Shown here: piece after piece, positions 22,846 to 31,677 of the stretch | How positions within the stretch are numbered: the stretch's first letter is position 1 | Layout of the letters: each line of letters opens with the position of its first letter | Translations under genes and position numbers: made by a program | The notes under the pieces: model-generated | Database searches by the model: none | What the model was told of the DNA's origin: nothing | What the model saw: only the letters and a program-made list of their open reading frames with translations | NCBI GenBank assembly: GCA_964353865.1 | Contig: CAYGXJ010000040.1 | Location: 36,329-100,328 of the forward strand | Length of the DNA stretch: 64,000 nucleotides | Direction: 5' to 3' | Source: an uncultured Anaerolineales bacterium | GTDB lineage: Bacteria; Chloroflexota; Anaerolineae; Anaerolineales; RBG-16-64-43

Positions 22846-23724
22846 ATGTTGGCTATGAATCCATCGCATTCGTCTGACGCTTTCCGAGGGCGCCTGGCCC
22901 TCATCACCGGCGCCTCCTCCGGCATTGGCGAGGCTGCCGCGCTGCGCCTCGCGCGCGAGGGCCTGCGCCTCGTCCTCGTCGCCCGCCGCGAGGAGAGGCT
23001 CGAGGCTGTCGCCACACGCGTGCGTGAGGCCGGCGGAGAGGCCCACGTGCTCGCGGCCGACCTCACCAACGAGGCGGATCGCGCCCGCATGCTTGCCGCT
23101 GCGCACGAGCTTGGTCCGCTGGACCTGCTCATCAACAACGCCGGTTTCGGGTGGTACGGCTACGGCTCGCGCATGCCGGTGGCCTTGGCGCGCGAGATGC
23201 TGGCGCTCAACGTCGGCGCGGCGGTCGACCTGAGTCTGAACATCCTGCGCCAGATGGTAGCGCGCGGGCGCGGCCACATCATCAACATCTCCTCGATTGC
23301 CGGCAGCCTGCCCAGCCAGGGCATCGCGATGTACGCCGGCACCAAATCGTTCCTCGATTCGTTTACCACGGCGCTGCACCGCGAGTTGCGCGGGACGCGC
23401 GTCTATGCCAGCCTCGTGAAACCCGGCCCGGTACGCACCGAGTTCTTCGACGCCAACGCCGGCGAAGGGACCGGGCAGCGCATCCCGGCCGAACGATTTG
23501 CGATCAGCGCTGAGCAAGTGGCCGAGCGCATTTGGGGGCTGGTGCGGCGCCCGCGGCGGGTGATCTACATTCCGCGCGTGCTGACGCTCTCGCAGTGGGT
23601 GGAGCCTGCCGTGGGGTGGCTGATCGATTTCCTGGGGCCGTTGCTTCTGCGCCGTCATCCGGCGTATGAGAGGATCCAAGAGCTTTCACCGCCGAGATCG
23701 CGGAGAACGCAGAGACGATCCTAG
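22846..23724 (+). CDS. short-chain dehydrogenase/reductase (classical SDR)
   Basis: ALITGASSGIGEAAA, NNAG and the YAGTK catalytic motif. Start at MLAMNPS, inside ORF 22660..23724, whose 5' part is repeat DNA. The 3' end runs into repeat P3. Confidence 0.8.
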   Translation: MLAMNPSHSSDAFRGRLALITGASSGIGEAAALRLAREGLRLVLVARREERLEAVATRVREAGGEAHVLAADLTNEADRARMLAAAHELGPLDLLINNAGFGWYGYGSRMPVALAREMLALNVGAAVDLSLNILRQMVARGRGHIINISSIAGSLPSQGIAMYAGTKSFLDSFTTALHRELRGTRVYASLVKPGPVRTEFFDANAGEGTGQRIPAERFAISAEQVAERIWGLVRRPRRVIYIPRVLTLSQWVEPAVGWLIDFLGPLLLRRHPAYERIQELSPPRSRRTQRRS

Positions 23725-23960
23725 GCTTCTGAAACTGCGGTGGGTGAGTCAGGCTGTTAGCTGCAATGCAACGACCGCCGAACGGCCCGAATCCGCCTCC
23801 CGCCCCGGCAGTTGCCCCTCAACGGGACCGCGCCTAGAATCAGTGCACAAGCTATCGCCAATCCTGCCCACGCATGCCGCGGGCACGGCATGCCGTGCCC
23901 GCACAGACTTCCTGCAGGGTGTGAGCATCTGGAAGCGTGTCCCGCGAAGCGGGATGTGGG
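23683..23960. repeat. composite intergenic repeat (P3 + P1 + P2)
   Basis: CTTTCACCGCCGAGATCGCGGAGAACGCAGAGACGATCC (23683..) nearly matches 54715... GGGCACGGCATGCCGTGCCC sits at 23881..23900. GTGTGAGCATCTGGAAGCGTGTCCCGCGAAGCGGGATGTGGG sits at 23919..23960. Confidence 0.8.
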
Positions 23961-24115
23961 CGAGCCCCCAGGTGATGGACTGCACCCTGCGCGTGAAGGA
24001 AGGCGAAGTGATCGCTGAGGATCAACTGGGAATCGTGGACTCGTTCGTCAAGGGCGTGATCACACAGCCCAACTAGCCGTTGCTACGCAGTGTGAGGTGC
24101 CGGAGACGTGCTGGC

Positions 24116-25066
24116 ATGCAGCGCGTGGATGTGAGTTCGATCGGTGAGACTGCCCGTGCGTTGCTCGGGAGCGGAGCGCGCGGCAAAGTGCTCGCGTGCG
24201 TCACCGGCGCGGCTTACCTGGAGGCCGAGGCGGGCGAGGTGCTCTGGCTAACCTCGCCGAAAGCGCCGCGCCACACCCGCGCCGGGCGCAGCGACTGGCG
24301 GCAAGCCTGGCCTGAGGTGGGCACACCATACGTCGTGCACGGTGAGCAGATCGAGTTTGGCAGTAGTTTCATGGTCGACCTAGCGCAGGCCGAGCTCTGG
24401 CTCGCGCCGCAACCTGGCGCAGAGGTAGCCGTCGCGCAGAGTGCAATTGCGCCTTCCTTGTACGCGTTGTTCTCGCAGGGATCAGCGCTCCCCAAGCCGC
24501 TTGGGCTCGGGCAATTGATAGGCTGGGTTCTTGCGCTGGGAGAAGGGCGGGCCGCGCCGCACAAGGCATTGCCGCAGGATCTCTTCGTCGCTTGCGCATG
24601 GGAGAGCGTTGCCCGCGTGGCCGAGGCGATCTTGGCGCACGACGGCGCGCAACTCAAGACGGCTGTGCGCCCGCTCGTCGGTCTTGGGCCGGGGCTGACG
24701 CCTGCGGGCGATGACTTTGTTGGTAGTCTATTCTTCACTTTGCATTATCTGGGGCGCACCTACGCGCCTCTTAGGGCCGCGGTCGAGGCGGCGCGTATTG
24801 ACCTCTCCTCGCATCGCTCAGAAACGCACGCTATAAGCTTTGCCGTGATGAGCGACATGGCGCGAGGCGAGGGACCTGAACCGCTGCACGAGTTCCTCGG
24901 CGCGGTGTTGGCCGGCGAACCGGCTGCGCTCATCGAGCGTGCCGCGCGCGAGCTCGTGGCCATCGGCCATTCGAGTGGGTGGGACATGCTGCTCGGTTGC
25001 GTGGTCGGGGTGCTATTGACAATCCGGCCCCCTTCTCCCCCAACTGCCACCCCAACGAATGCGTGA
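24116..25066 (+). CDS. DUF2877 domain protein
   Basis: LVGLGPGLTPAGDDFVGSLFF and GHSSGWDMLLG match my recollection of DUF2877. Start at MQRVDVS, inside ORF 24080..25066. Confidence 0.55.
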   Translation: MQRVDVSSIGETARALLGSGARGKVLACVTGAAYLEAEAGEVLWLTSPKAPRHTRAGRSDWRQAWPEVGTPYVVHGEQIEFGSSFMVDLAQAELWLAPQPGAEVAVAQSAIAPSLYALFSQGSALPKPLGLGQLIGWVLALGEGRAAPHKALPQDLFVACAWESVARVAEAILAHDGAQLKTAVRPLVGLGPGLTPAGDDFVGSLFFTLHYLGRTYAPLRAAVEAARIDLSSHRSETHAISFAVMSDMARGEGPEPLHEFLGAVLAGEPAALIERAARELVAIGHSSGWDMLLGCVVGVLLTIRPPSPPTATPTNA

Positions 25067-25199
25067 GATATGCATTCCCTGGCACATGGATTGTCTTCGC
25101 AGGAATTCCACGCCCAATTGCGATGATGTGTTGTGACTCGGTTGTTGGTGGCCTACAATACACAGTGCACCTAATCCCGCGCCGCAGGGAAAGGGGGCC

Positions 25200-25342
25200 G
25201 GGCACGGCATGCCGTGCCCGAACAGGAACTTGGCGGGGTGTAGGCTCTAGGAGTGGGGAGCGAAGCTCCCCACTCCTAGAAAAGAAGACCTCCCCCTCCC
25301 TTTAGGGAGCCTGTCCTGCGAAGCGGGAGGGGCAGGGGGTGG
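25200..25342. repeat. composite intergenic repeat (P1 + hairpin + P2), sister of 22679..22842
   Basis: Modules are GGGCACGGCATGCCGTGCCCGAAC, GGTGTAGGCTCTAGGAGTGGGGAGCGAAGCTCCCCACTCC and CCTGTCCTGCGAAGCGGGAGGGGCAGGGGGTGG. The block ends 27 nt before the GH5 start. Confidence 0.8.
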
Positions 25343-25368
25343 TCAACCCTACAGGGAGGACTCGACCA

Positions 25369-27246
25369 ATGATCATAACCTCCGGTCCCTGGTTCACCGA
25401 TGAACACGGCCGCACGCTGATCTTGCGAGGTGTCAACCTCGGCGGGAGCAGCAAAGTCCCCTTCACGCCGGATGGCGCCTCTTACATCCGCGATGGATTC
25501 CTCAACCATCGCGCCGTCTCCTTCGTTGGCCGCCCATTTCCCCTGGCCGAGGCGGATGAACACTTCGGCCGCCTCGCGCGCTGGGGCTTCACCTTCCTGC
25601 GCTTCCTCATCACCTGGGAAGCCATCGAACACGGCGGCCCCGACCGTTACGACCAGGCCTACCTCGACTACGTGCGCGCCATCGTTGAGAAAGCCGGCCA
25701 ACACGGGTTGAGCCTCTTTATTGACCCGCACCAGGACGTCTGGTCGCGCTTCTCGGGCGGCGACGGCGCACCCGGCTGGACTCTCGAGGCGGTGGGCTTC
25801 GACCTGGCCAGCCTGCATGAGGCCGGCGCGGCGATGGTCCATCAGATGCATGGCGACCCCTTCCCACGCATGATCTGGCCGACCAACGCGACCAAGCTCG
25901 CCTCAGCGACCATGTTTACGCTCTTCTTCGGCGGCAACGACTTCGCGCCGAAGACGCGCATCGAGGGCGAACCGGCGCAAGAGTACCTGCAGCGCCACTA
26001 TATCGAGGCCGTGCGCCAGGTGGGGCTGCGCTTACGCGACCTGCCCAACGTGGTGGGCTACGACACGCTCAACGAGCCCTCCTGCGGCTGGATCGGCTGG
26101 CGCGACCTGGCCTCGCCAGGCGGCGAGCTGCGCGCCGGGCATATGCCCGCCCCGCTGCAGTCGATGCTGCTTGGCGCGGGACACCCGCAGCGGGTCGAGC
26201 ACTGGGAGCCGACCCTGCTCGGGCCGATGCGGCGCGGCGCAGACCTCATCAACCCGCGCAGGCTGCACGCATGGGCCGAGGGTCGCGAGTGCGTATGGCG
26301 CGCGAACGGCGTGTGGGATCTGGATGCGAACGGCGAGCCACGCCTGCTGCGGCCGGACCACTTCACAGTCGTAGGCGGTCGCCAGGTCGACTTTGCGCGC
26401 GACTACTACAAGCCGTTCGCCAACCGTCTTGCCCGCGAGATCCGCAGTGCGCATCCACAGGCGCTCCTCTTCCTCGAGAGCGATCCGATCTTGCCCAAGC
26501 TGGATTGGGGGGCGGCCGACGCGCCGGGCGTCGTCTATGCGCCGCACTGGTACGACGGCTACGTCCTGTACACCAAATCCTATTCGCCGCACCTGGGCGC
26601 AGATATGTTCACGGGCAAGGTCGTCTTCCTGCGCAGCAAGGTGCTGCGCTCGTTCGAGGCGCAGCTCGGGCGCCTGAGGCGCATCGCACGCGAGAACCTG
26701 GGCGGCGTGCCGGTGCTTATTGGCGAATTCGGCATCCCTTTCGACATGAACCAGAAGCGCTCCTACCGGACGGGGGATTTCCGCGAGCAGCGCGCCGCGC
26801 TCGATCGCACCTTCCGCGCGCTAGAAGCCAACCTGCTTTCGGGGACGCTGTGGAACTACACGGCTGACAACACCAACGCGCGCGGCGACCAATGGAACGA
26901 TGAGGACCTCTCGCTCTTCAGCCGGGACCAGCAACGCGATCCGGACGACCCGGACTCGGGCGGCCGCGCGCTCGAGGCCGCGGTGCGCCCCTACGCGCGC
27001 GCAGTGGCCGGCGAGCCGCTGCGCATGAGCTTCGATTTGCGCACACTCGAGTTCGTGCTCGAATTCCGCCACGACCCGCGCGCCACCGCGCCAACCGAGA
27101 TCTTCCTCCCGCGCCTACACTACCCGTACGGCGCGCGCGTGGAGGTCTCGGATGGAACGTATGAGGTGCGCGAGGCGGAGCAAGTCCTCGTGTACCGCCA
27201 TGGCGAAACGCGTGAGAACCATGCAGTGAGGGTGAACCCAACCTGA
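25369..27246 (+). CDS. glycoside hydrolase family 5 (glucosylceramidase/endoglycoceramidase-like subfamily)
   Basis: LILRGVNLGG, FLRFLITWEAIEH, FIDPHQDVWS, acid/base YDTLNEP and nucleophile VLIGEFGIPFD. Start at MIITSG after GGGAGGA. Confidence 0.75.
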   Translation: MIITSGPWFTDEHGRTLILRGVNLGGSSKVPFTPDGASYIRDGFLNHRAVSFVGRPFPLAEADEHFGRLARWGFTFLRFLITWEAIEHGGPDRYDQAYLDYVRAIVEKAGQHGLSLFIDPHQDVWSRFSGGDGAPGWTLEAVGFDLASLHEAGAAMVHQMHGDPFPRMIWPTNATKLASATMFTLFFGGNDFAPKTRIEGEPAQEYLQRHYIEAVRQVGLRLRDLPNVVGYDTLNEPSCGWIGWRDLASPGGELRAGHMPAPLQSMLLGAGHPQRVEHWEPTLLGPMRRGADLINPRRLHAWAEGRECVWRANGVWDLDANGEPRLLRPDHFTVVGGRQVDFARDYYKPFANRLAREIRSAHPQALLFLESDPILPKLDWGAADAPGVVYAPHWYDGYVLYTKSYSPHLGADMFTGKVVFLRSKVLRSFEAQLGRLRRIARENLGGVPVLIGEFGIPFDMNQKRSYRTGDFREQRAALDRTFRALEANLLSGTLWNYTADNTNARGDQWNDEDLSLFSRDQQRDPDDPDSGGRALEAAVRPYARAVAGEPLRMSFDLRTLEFVLEFRHDPRATAPTEIFLPRLHYPYGARVEVSDGTYEVREAEQVLVYRHGETRENHAVRVNPT

Positions 27247-27311
27247 GGCTCGCGCGCATCGGAACACCGGTTGCCCGCGCTGTTCACCTGTCGCTTGATG
27301 GATGCACGAAT

Positions 27312-27344
27312 GGGAAAAAGAGGGTGGCCGCAATGGCCACCCTC
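27312..27344 (-). terminator. intrinsic terminator for the ABC-2 operon
   Basis: GAGGGTGGCC-GCAAT-GGCCACCCTC (27320..27344) is followed on the minus strand by TTTTTCCC. It lies 40 nt after the permease stop. Confidence 0.65.
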
Positions 27345-27384
27345 ATCCGTTCTCACCATGTAAGCGGATAGTCCCAGATCACCT

Positions 27385-28197
27385 CTACAGCGAGAGCAAC
27401 AACCCCACCAGGTACGGCGCCCAGGCCAAGAGGGCCAACGCCGGGTGGCGGCCGCGCGTCACGTTCTTGCTATCCCATTTGAAGAGAAAAACGCTCATAG
27501 CGAAGGCCAGCAGCCCGCCCGCCGCGAGCACGCCGAGCGAGAGCCACGGGTCGATGCTCGGCGCGCCGTGCATGGCCAGGCCGTCGAACGCGCTCATGGC
27601 ATACGTCGTCGGCAGGATCAGCGCGACCTTTGCCAGCGAAGCCGGGAGCACGCTGGTGGGGAGCATCAGCCCGCCCAGCAGCATCGACGGCAGGAAGAGC
27701 AGTTGCGACCACAACACCGTGATGCGGCTGCTCGAGGAAATCACGCCGATCAGGATGCCGATGCCGGCAAAGGCCAGCGCCATGACTAGGTAGATCAGGA
27801 AGAACGCCACCCAGTTGACCGGTGCCACGGCACCGAAGAACAGCGGTCCGGTGATGGCGATGATGACCGTGACCAGCAGCGCGTGCAGCATGGTGGTCAG
27901 GACCGGGATGACGAGGATCGAGAGCGTGGGCACGCCGTTGATGCGGTAGCTTCGGAAGATGCCCGCCTCGCGCGCGGTGACGTGCGGATCGGGCAGGCCG
28001 AGCAGCGCGCCGCTGAGCACCGCGAAGACCGACATGGCCGGGACCATCACCTGGATGAAACCCGGATTGAGCTGGGCGAAGAGCAGGCCCAGCAGCGCAT
28101 AGAAACCCAGCGGGAACAAATAGTTCATGAGCAGCAGCGTCCGGTTGCGGATGCCGGTGCGGAATTCGAAGGCGAAGTGCTGGGCGAAGGCGTTCAT
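27385..28197 (-). CDS. ABC-2 type transporter permease
   Basis: 270-aa protein with about six TM segments and a 4-nt overlap with the upstream ATPase gene. Confidence 0.75.
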   Translation of the reverse strand: MNAFAQHFAFEFRTGIRNRTLLLMNYLFPLGFYALLGLLFAQLNPGFIQVMVPAMSVFAVLSGALLGLPDPHVTAREAGIFRSYRINGVPTLSILVIPVLTTMLHALLVTVIIAITGPLFFGAVAPVNWVAFFLIYLVMALAFAGIGILIGVISSSSRITVLWSQLLFLPSMLLGGLMLPTSVLPASLAKVALILPTTYAMSAFDGLAMHGAPSIDPWLSLGVLAAGGLLAFAMSVFLFKWDSKNVTRGRHPALALLAWAPYLVGLLLSL

Positions 28198-29111
28198 CGA
28201 GCAGCCCCTTTCGTCGTGATCTCCAGAAAGCGGTCCTCGAGCGATGGGCGTTCGACGCGCAGGTCGATCAGCGTGTCCCCCTGCGCGGCCAGGTGCGAGA
28301 TGAGGGCCGAGATGGTCGGGCCGATATCGCGGCTGAAGTAGATGACGTACTCGCCTTCGGTCGCCGTCTGCGCGACGGCGGGGAAGGAAAGCCCCGCGGC
28401 CATGAGGCTCGAGCCTTCGGTGCGCACTGAGATCTTGGTCAGGCCGGCGCCGGTGGCGGTGATCTCAAGCGGTGTGCCGAGCGCGACCAGCTTGCCGCGC
28501 ATGAGGATCGCCACGCGCGTCGACATCTCGGCCGCTTCGGCCATATCGTGCGTCGCGAGCAGGATCGTTGTGCCGCCGGCCTGCAGCTCGCGCATCAGGT
28601 CGTGCAGCATGGCACGCGAGGCCACGTCCAGCCCGGCGGTCGGTTCATCGAGGAAGAGGACCGGCGGCTTGTGGGCGACGGCCAGCGCGAGCGAGAGCCG
28701 CCGCTGCTGCCCGGCCGAGAGCTGGTGGTACTGTGCCGTGCGCTTTTCGGCCAGCCCGACGCGGTCTATGAGGTCGTCACGTGGCGGCGCTCCATGGTAG
28801 GCGCAGAACAGGCGCAGCGCCTCATCGACGCGGATGCTTTCCGGCAGGCCGGAGGTTTGAAGCTGCACGCCGATGAGCGAGCGCAGTTGGCGCGTCTGGC
28901 GCGCGGGGTCTACGCCCGCGATGCGCAGCGATCCGCCATCCGGGAAGCGCAGCCCCTCCAGGCTTTCGAGGGTGGAGGTCTTGCCGGCGCCGTTGGGGCC
29001 GAGCAGGCCGAAGATCTCGCCGCGCTCGACCTCGAAGCTGATCCCATCGACGGCGACGAACGTGCCGTACGCCTTGCGAAAATCCTTGACTTGGATGACG
29101 GTTTCGTTCAT
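28194..29111 (-). CDS. ABC transporter ATP-binding protein (ABC-2/DrrA-like)
   Basis: Walker A GLLGPNGAGKTS, signature LSAGQQRRLSLA and Walker B VLFLDEPTAGLD. Start at MNETVIQVKDF (29111); the 461-aa ORF extension upstream is repeat or non-coding DNA. Confidence 0.85.
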   Translation of the reverse strand: MNETVIQVKDFRKAYGTFVAVDGISFEVERGEIFGLLGPNGAGKTSTLESLEGLRFPDGGSLRIAGVDPARQTRQLRSLIGVQLQTSGLPESIRVDEALRLFCAYHGAPPRDDLIDRVGLAEKRTAQYHQLSAGQQRRLSLALAVAHKPPVLFLDEPTAGLDVASRAMLHDLMRELQAGGTTILLATHDMAEAAEMSTRVAILMRGKLVALGTPLEITATGAGLTKISVRTEGSSLMAAGLSFPAVAQTATEGEYVIYFSRDIGPTISALISHLAAQGDTLIDLRVERPSLEDRFLEITTKGAAR

Positions 29112-29234
29112 CGTGCGACCTCCAGGCGTGGCGGTGGATTCCGGCGCGTTACCTGCATTGTAGCGTGAGCTCAGCCTTGCCGGCATCCTACAAAAGAGGG
29201 ACGGGTAGACCGGTGGCCGGGTGAAGTCGCTCTC

Positions 29235-29281
29235 GGTCTCTGGGAGCCTGTCCCGCGAAGCGGGAGGGGCGTGGGGGTGCC
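29235..29281. repeat. solo P2 repeat module
   Basis: GGTCTCTGGGAGCCTGTCCCGCGAAGCGGGAGGGGCGTGGGGGTGCC lies in the spacer between the ABC operon start and the island. Confidence 0.7.
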
Positions 29282-29456
29282 CGCTGCGGGCGTTGTGCGC
29301 GGATATTCGGTCCAGTAGGAGCACGGGCAGATTGAGGATTGGAGAGGGGGTGGCCCATGGACGACGGGTGCCGAGGGCGGAAGGCGGTGATGCACGCGGT
29401 AACGTGGATCCATTGCGAGGAGTGAGCGCAGCGCAGATGGAGGTTGCAGTCGTCGT

Positions 29457-29485
29457 TTGACCGCTCGCGGAATATCGGCAACAAT
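29457..29485 (+). promoter_or_regulatory. candidate promoter of the five-gene island operon
   Basis: TTGACC, a 17-nt spacer, then AACAAT, about 45 nt upstream of ATG 29531, which has a strong AAGGAGGG Shine-Dalgarno. Confidence 0.4.
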
Positions 29486-29530
29486 TGAGGCCGGGGGGCG
29501 CGAAACCCCTGGGGGCAAGGAGGGTCGCTG

Positions 29531-30217
29531 ATGCACCGAGTTCTTCCGCTGCTCGCGCTTGCCAGCCTTCTGCTTTCACATTCCTCTCCAGCTGGACCGA
29601 TTAGCGTTGGCAAGACGCGGGTCGAAAACGGCTACCCCGAATCCATCACGTTTGAGGCAGCTGTCGCCAGCACGGCCGGGCTCCTCAGCCGCGTCGAGTT
29701 GCATGTCCGCGTGCGCGGCGATTCCATGACCTCGGTGATCGTCGCGCCGATCGAGCCGGCCGCCTCGCTGCCGACGCGCGCAGAGTGGAAGACGCGCGCG
29801 AACGATTTCCAGGACCTTGTGGCGGATCTTCTCAAGGCGATGGGCTACCATGTGAGTTGGGTAGCGCTGAGGGGCAAGGATGTTGGTGTCGACATCATTG
29901 CCCACACCGACCCGCTGGGCGCGAACCCTCCCCGCATCAAGATCCAGGCGAAGAGAACGGAGGAGGCCGCAAAAGTAGAAGCTGTGCGCGCGTTCATGTC
30001 CCGGTTAGGCGATGACGACGTAGGGATCTTCGTATGTCGAGGAGGATTCACGAAGGATGCTGCAGACGAGGCGCGCGAGCAGGAGAAACGCAAAGTAACC
30101 CTCATCGATGAGGGCAGGCTATTTGACCTCTGGGTTGAGCGCTATGACAAGCTGACGCAAGAGGCTCGCGACTGGATGCCGACTAGGCCGATCTACTTCC
30201 TACCACCAGGCGAGTAG
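29531..30217 (+). CDS. Mrr-cat (PD-(D/E)xK) restriction-endonuclease-domain protein with signal-peptide-like N-terminal extension
   Basis: The C-terminal roughly 135 aa read FQDLVADLLKAMGYHV...GKDVGVDIIAH...RIKIQAKRTEE...GIFVCRGGFTKDAADEA...VTLIDEGRLFDL, which fits the Mrr catalytic-domain pattern. The N-terminal roughly 95 aa (MHRVLPLLALASLLLSHSSPAG...) look like a Sec signal plus an unrelated beta-rich segment. Internal alternative start at 29726. Confidence 0.7.
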   Translation: MHRVLPLLALASLLLSHSSPAGPISVGKTRVENGYPESITFEAAVASTAGLLSRVELHVRVRGDSMTSVIVAPIEPAASLPTRAEWKTRANDFQDLVADLLKAMGYHVSWVALRGKDVGVDIIAHTDPLGANPPRIKIQAKRTEEAAKVEAVRAFMSRLGDDDVGIFVCRGGFTKDAADEAREQEKRKVTLIDEGRLFDLWVERYDKLTQEARDWMPTRPIYFLPPGE

Positions 30218-30219
30218 GC

Positions 30220-30429
30220 ATGCCAACCCATAGAGATGTCCAGAGGATCGTCAAGGCGCGCCATGGCTTCCAACCGAAGCCATGCTGGATCGCTGATGTA
30301 AAGGAAATGTCCGGGCTACCAGTTCGACGTGCATGGAATCGGCAAGGCCGGACTCGCAAGAACCCTTGCCCGGGGACAAAGATCGAGGCCATCCAGCAGG
30401 CGATGAAAGAGCTCGGGATGATCTCCTAG
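30220..30429 (+). CDS. small basic hypothetical protein (69 aa)
   Basis: It starts 2 nt after the Mrr-cat stop and ends 24 nt before the next gene. It is rich in R/K, with the segments KPCWIADVKE and RKNPCPG. No family call. Confidence 0.5.
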   Translation: MPTHRDVQRIVKARHGFQPKPCWIADVKEMSGLPVRRAWNRQGRTRKNPCPGTKIEAIQQAMKELGMIS

Positions 30430-30453
30430 GTCAGCGGGCAGAGAAACGCTGGG

Positions 30454-31677
30454 ATGTCGTCTACCTTCACTTGGCTTGACCACTCCGAGTACGAGCGTCG
30501 CAAGATGCTCGACGTCATCGAACTCTTCCGAGAACGGGACACTCGCGATGAGCTTGGCCTTGGGACGATTCGGGATGCCTTCGCCGACCTGTTCTTTCCC
30601 GGCACGAGCACGATCCAGACCCGGGCACGCTATTTCTTCATCGTTCCTTGGATGTACCTGGAGCTGGAAAGTAAGCGAGTTGCATCTGCCGCAGTAGCTG
30701 ATCGGGTGCGGAAATACGAAATCTCCCTTATTGACGCGCTTCTCGAGTCAGGAGAAACCGATGGAGTTCTTGGCCGGGTCGCTGGGATAAGCCTCCAGCG
30801 GCTGCCCAGCAACATCTATTGGCAAGGCGTTGGGATCCTTGGCATTCGCCTTTTTCCCGGGTCCCAGCCACAATACCACCGCAGCCTGGATCGCTTCTAT
30901 CTCTTGAAGGGGCGGCAGGCTCATGACGACGATGGCGAGCCGGTGGGCAGTGCGCTGGAGGGCAACTGGCACCCGGGCCTCCCGGAGCCGCCAGGAGAGT
31001 TCCCTCGCAAGGCAAGCCTGAAGCTCACGCGAATGGAAGCCCGCTACCTTCGGGAACGGATCACGGCCCGCGCGCCCGATTCCCTCTTCAGGTTCCTGGC
31101 CGAGCGAGGGCGCGAGGTTGAAGAGCTTGACTTCCCCTGGCAACACCCGCAGTCTGCGGAGTTCCCCGCTCGCTGCCTGGAGCAGCTCCGCCATGCCCGC
31201 AACTTCTCCGAAGCCATGCACGGCGCCTCGCTGCTGTACAACTTGATGCTCTCCAATATGGCTGCCAAGGATGAGCTCGTCTCCGAGTACGAGCAACGCC
31301 TGAAGGAGTGGGCCGTCGCCATGCGCTCCAGGCACGTTGAATTCCTTTCTTGGGACCGCGCCCGATTCTGGCAGATCGTCAGCTCGCACGGAGCTCGGGT
31401 AAGCCGAGGCACCCGCCTCTTCGTCGAGAGCTGGCTGGAGCTTGTGTCCGCCGATGAGTCCCCCGGCCGATCGGCGGCGGGGAACAAAGCTCGCAACCTG
31501 GTCCACGAGCGCGAACGCGCCCTAAAACGCAGCCTGGCGCGGCTCGACAACCGCAGGGCACTTGAGCTCTGGAGCGGGGCGGCAGGGACCGCGCAGTTGA
31601 ACTACCGTTGGCGGATCGCCCAGCGGATATTGAATGACATCTATCAGGGAGTGTCACAGGACGGCCGAGGTGCTTGA
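30454..31677 (+). CDS. DUF6361-like protein (function unknown)
   Basis: 407 aa. The N-terminus FTWLDHSEYERRKMLDVIELFRERDTRDELGLGTIRDAFADLFFPGTSTIQTRARYFFIVPW matches my memory of DUF6361. The family assignment is unverified. Confidence 0.7.
   Translation: MSSTFTWLDHSEYERRKMLDVIELFRERDTRDELGLGTIRDAFADLFFPGTSTIQTRARYFFIVPWMYLELESKRVASAAVADRVRKYEISLIDALLESGETDGVLGRVAGISLQRLPSNIYWQGVGILGIRLFPGSQPQYHRSLDRFYLLKGRQAHDDDGEPVGSALEGNWHPGLPEPPGEFPRKASLKLTRMEARYLRERITARAPDSLFRFLAERGREVEELDFPWQHPQSAEFPARCLEQLRHARNFSEAMHGASLLYNLMLSNMAAKDELVSEYEQRLKEWAVAMRSRHVEFLSWDRARFWQIVSSHGARVSRGTRLFVESWLELVSADESPGRSAAGNKARNLVHERERALKRSLARLDNRRALELWSGAAGTAQLNYRWRIAQRILNDIYQGVSQDGRGA

Noticed and set aside
23974-24076. 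33-aa ORF MDCTLRVKEGEVIAEDQLGIVDSFVKGVITQPN at the end of ORF 23666..24076
   Set aside because: It has a protein-like composition and lower GC, but no SD, no recognisable family, and it follows repeat DNA. This is insufficient to call a gene. It may be a gene remnant.
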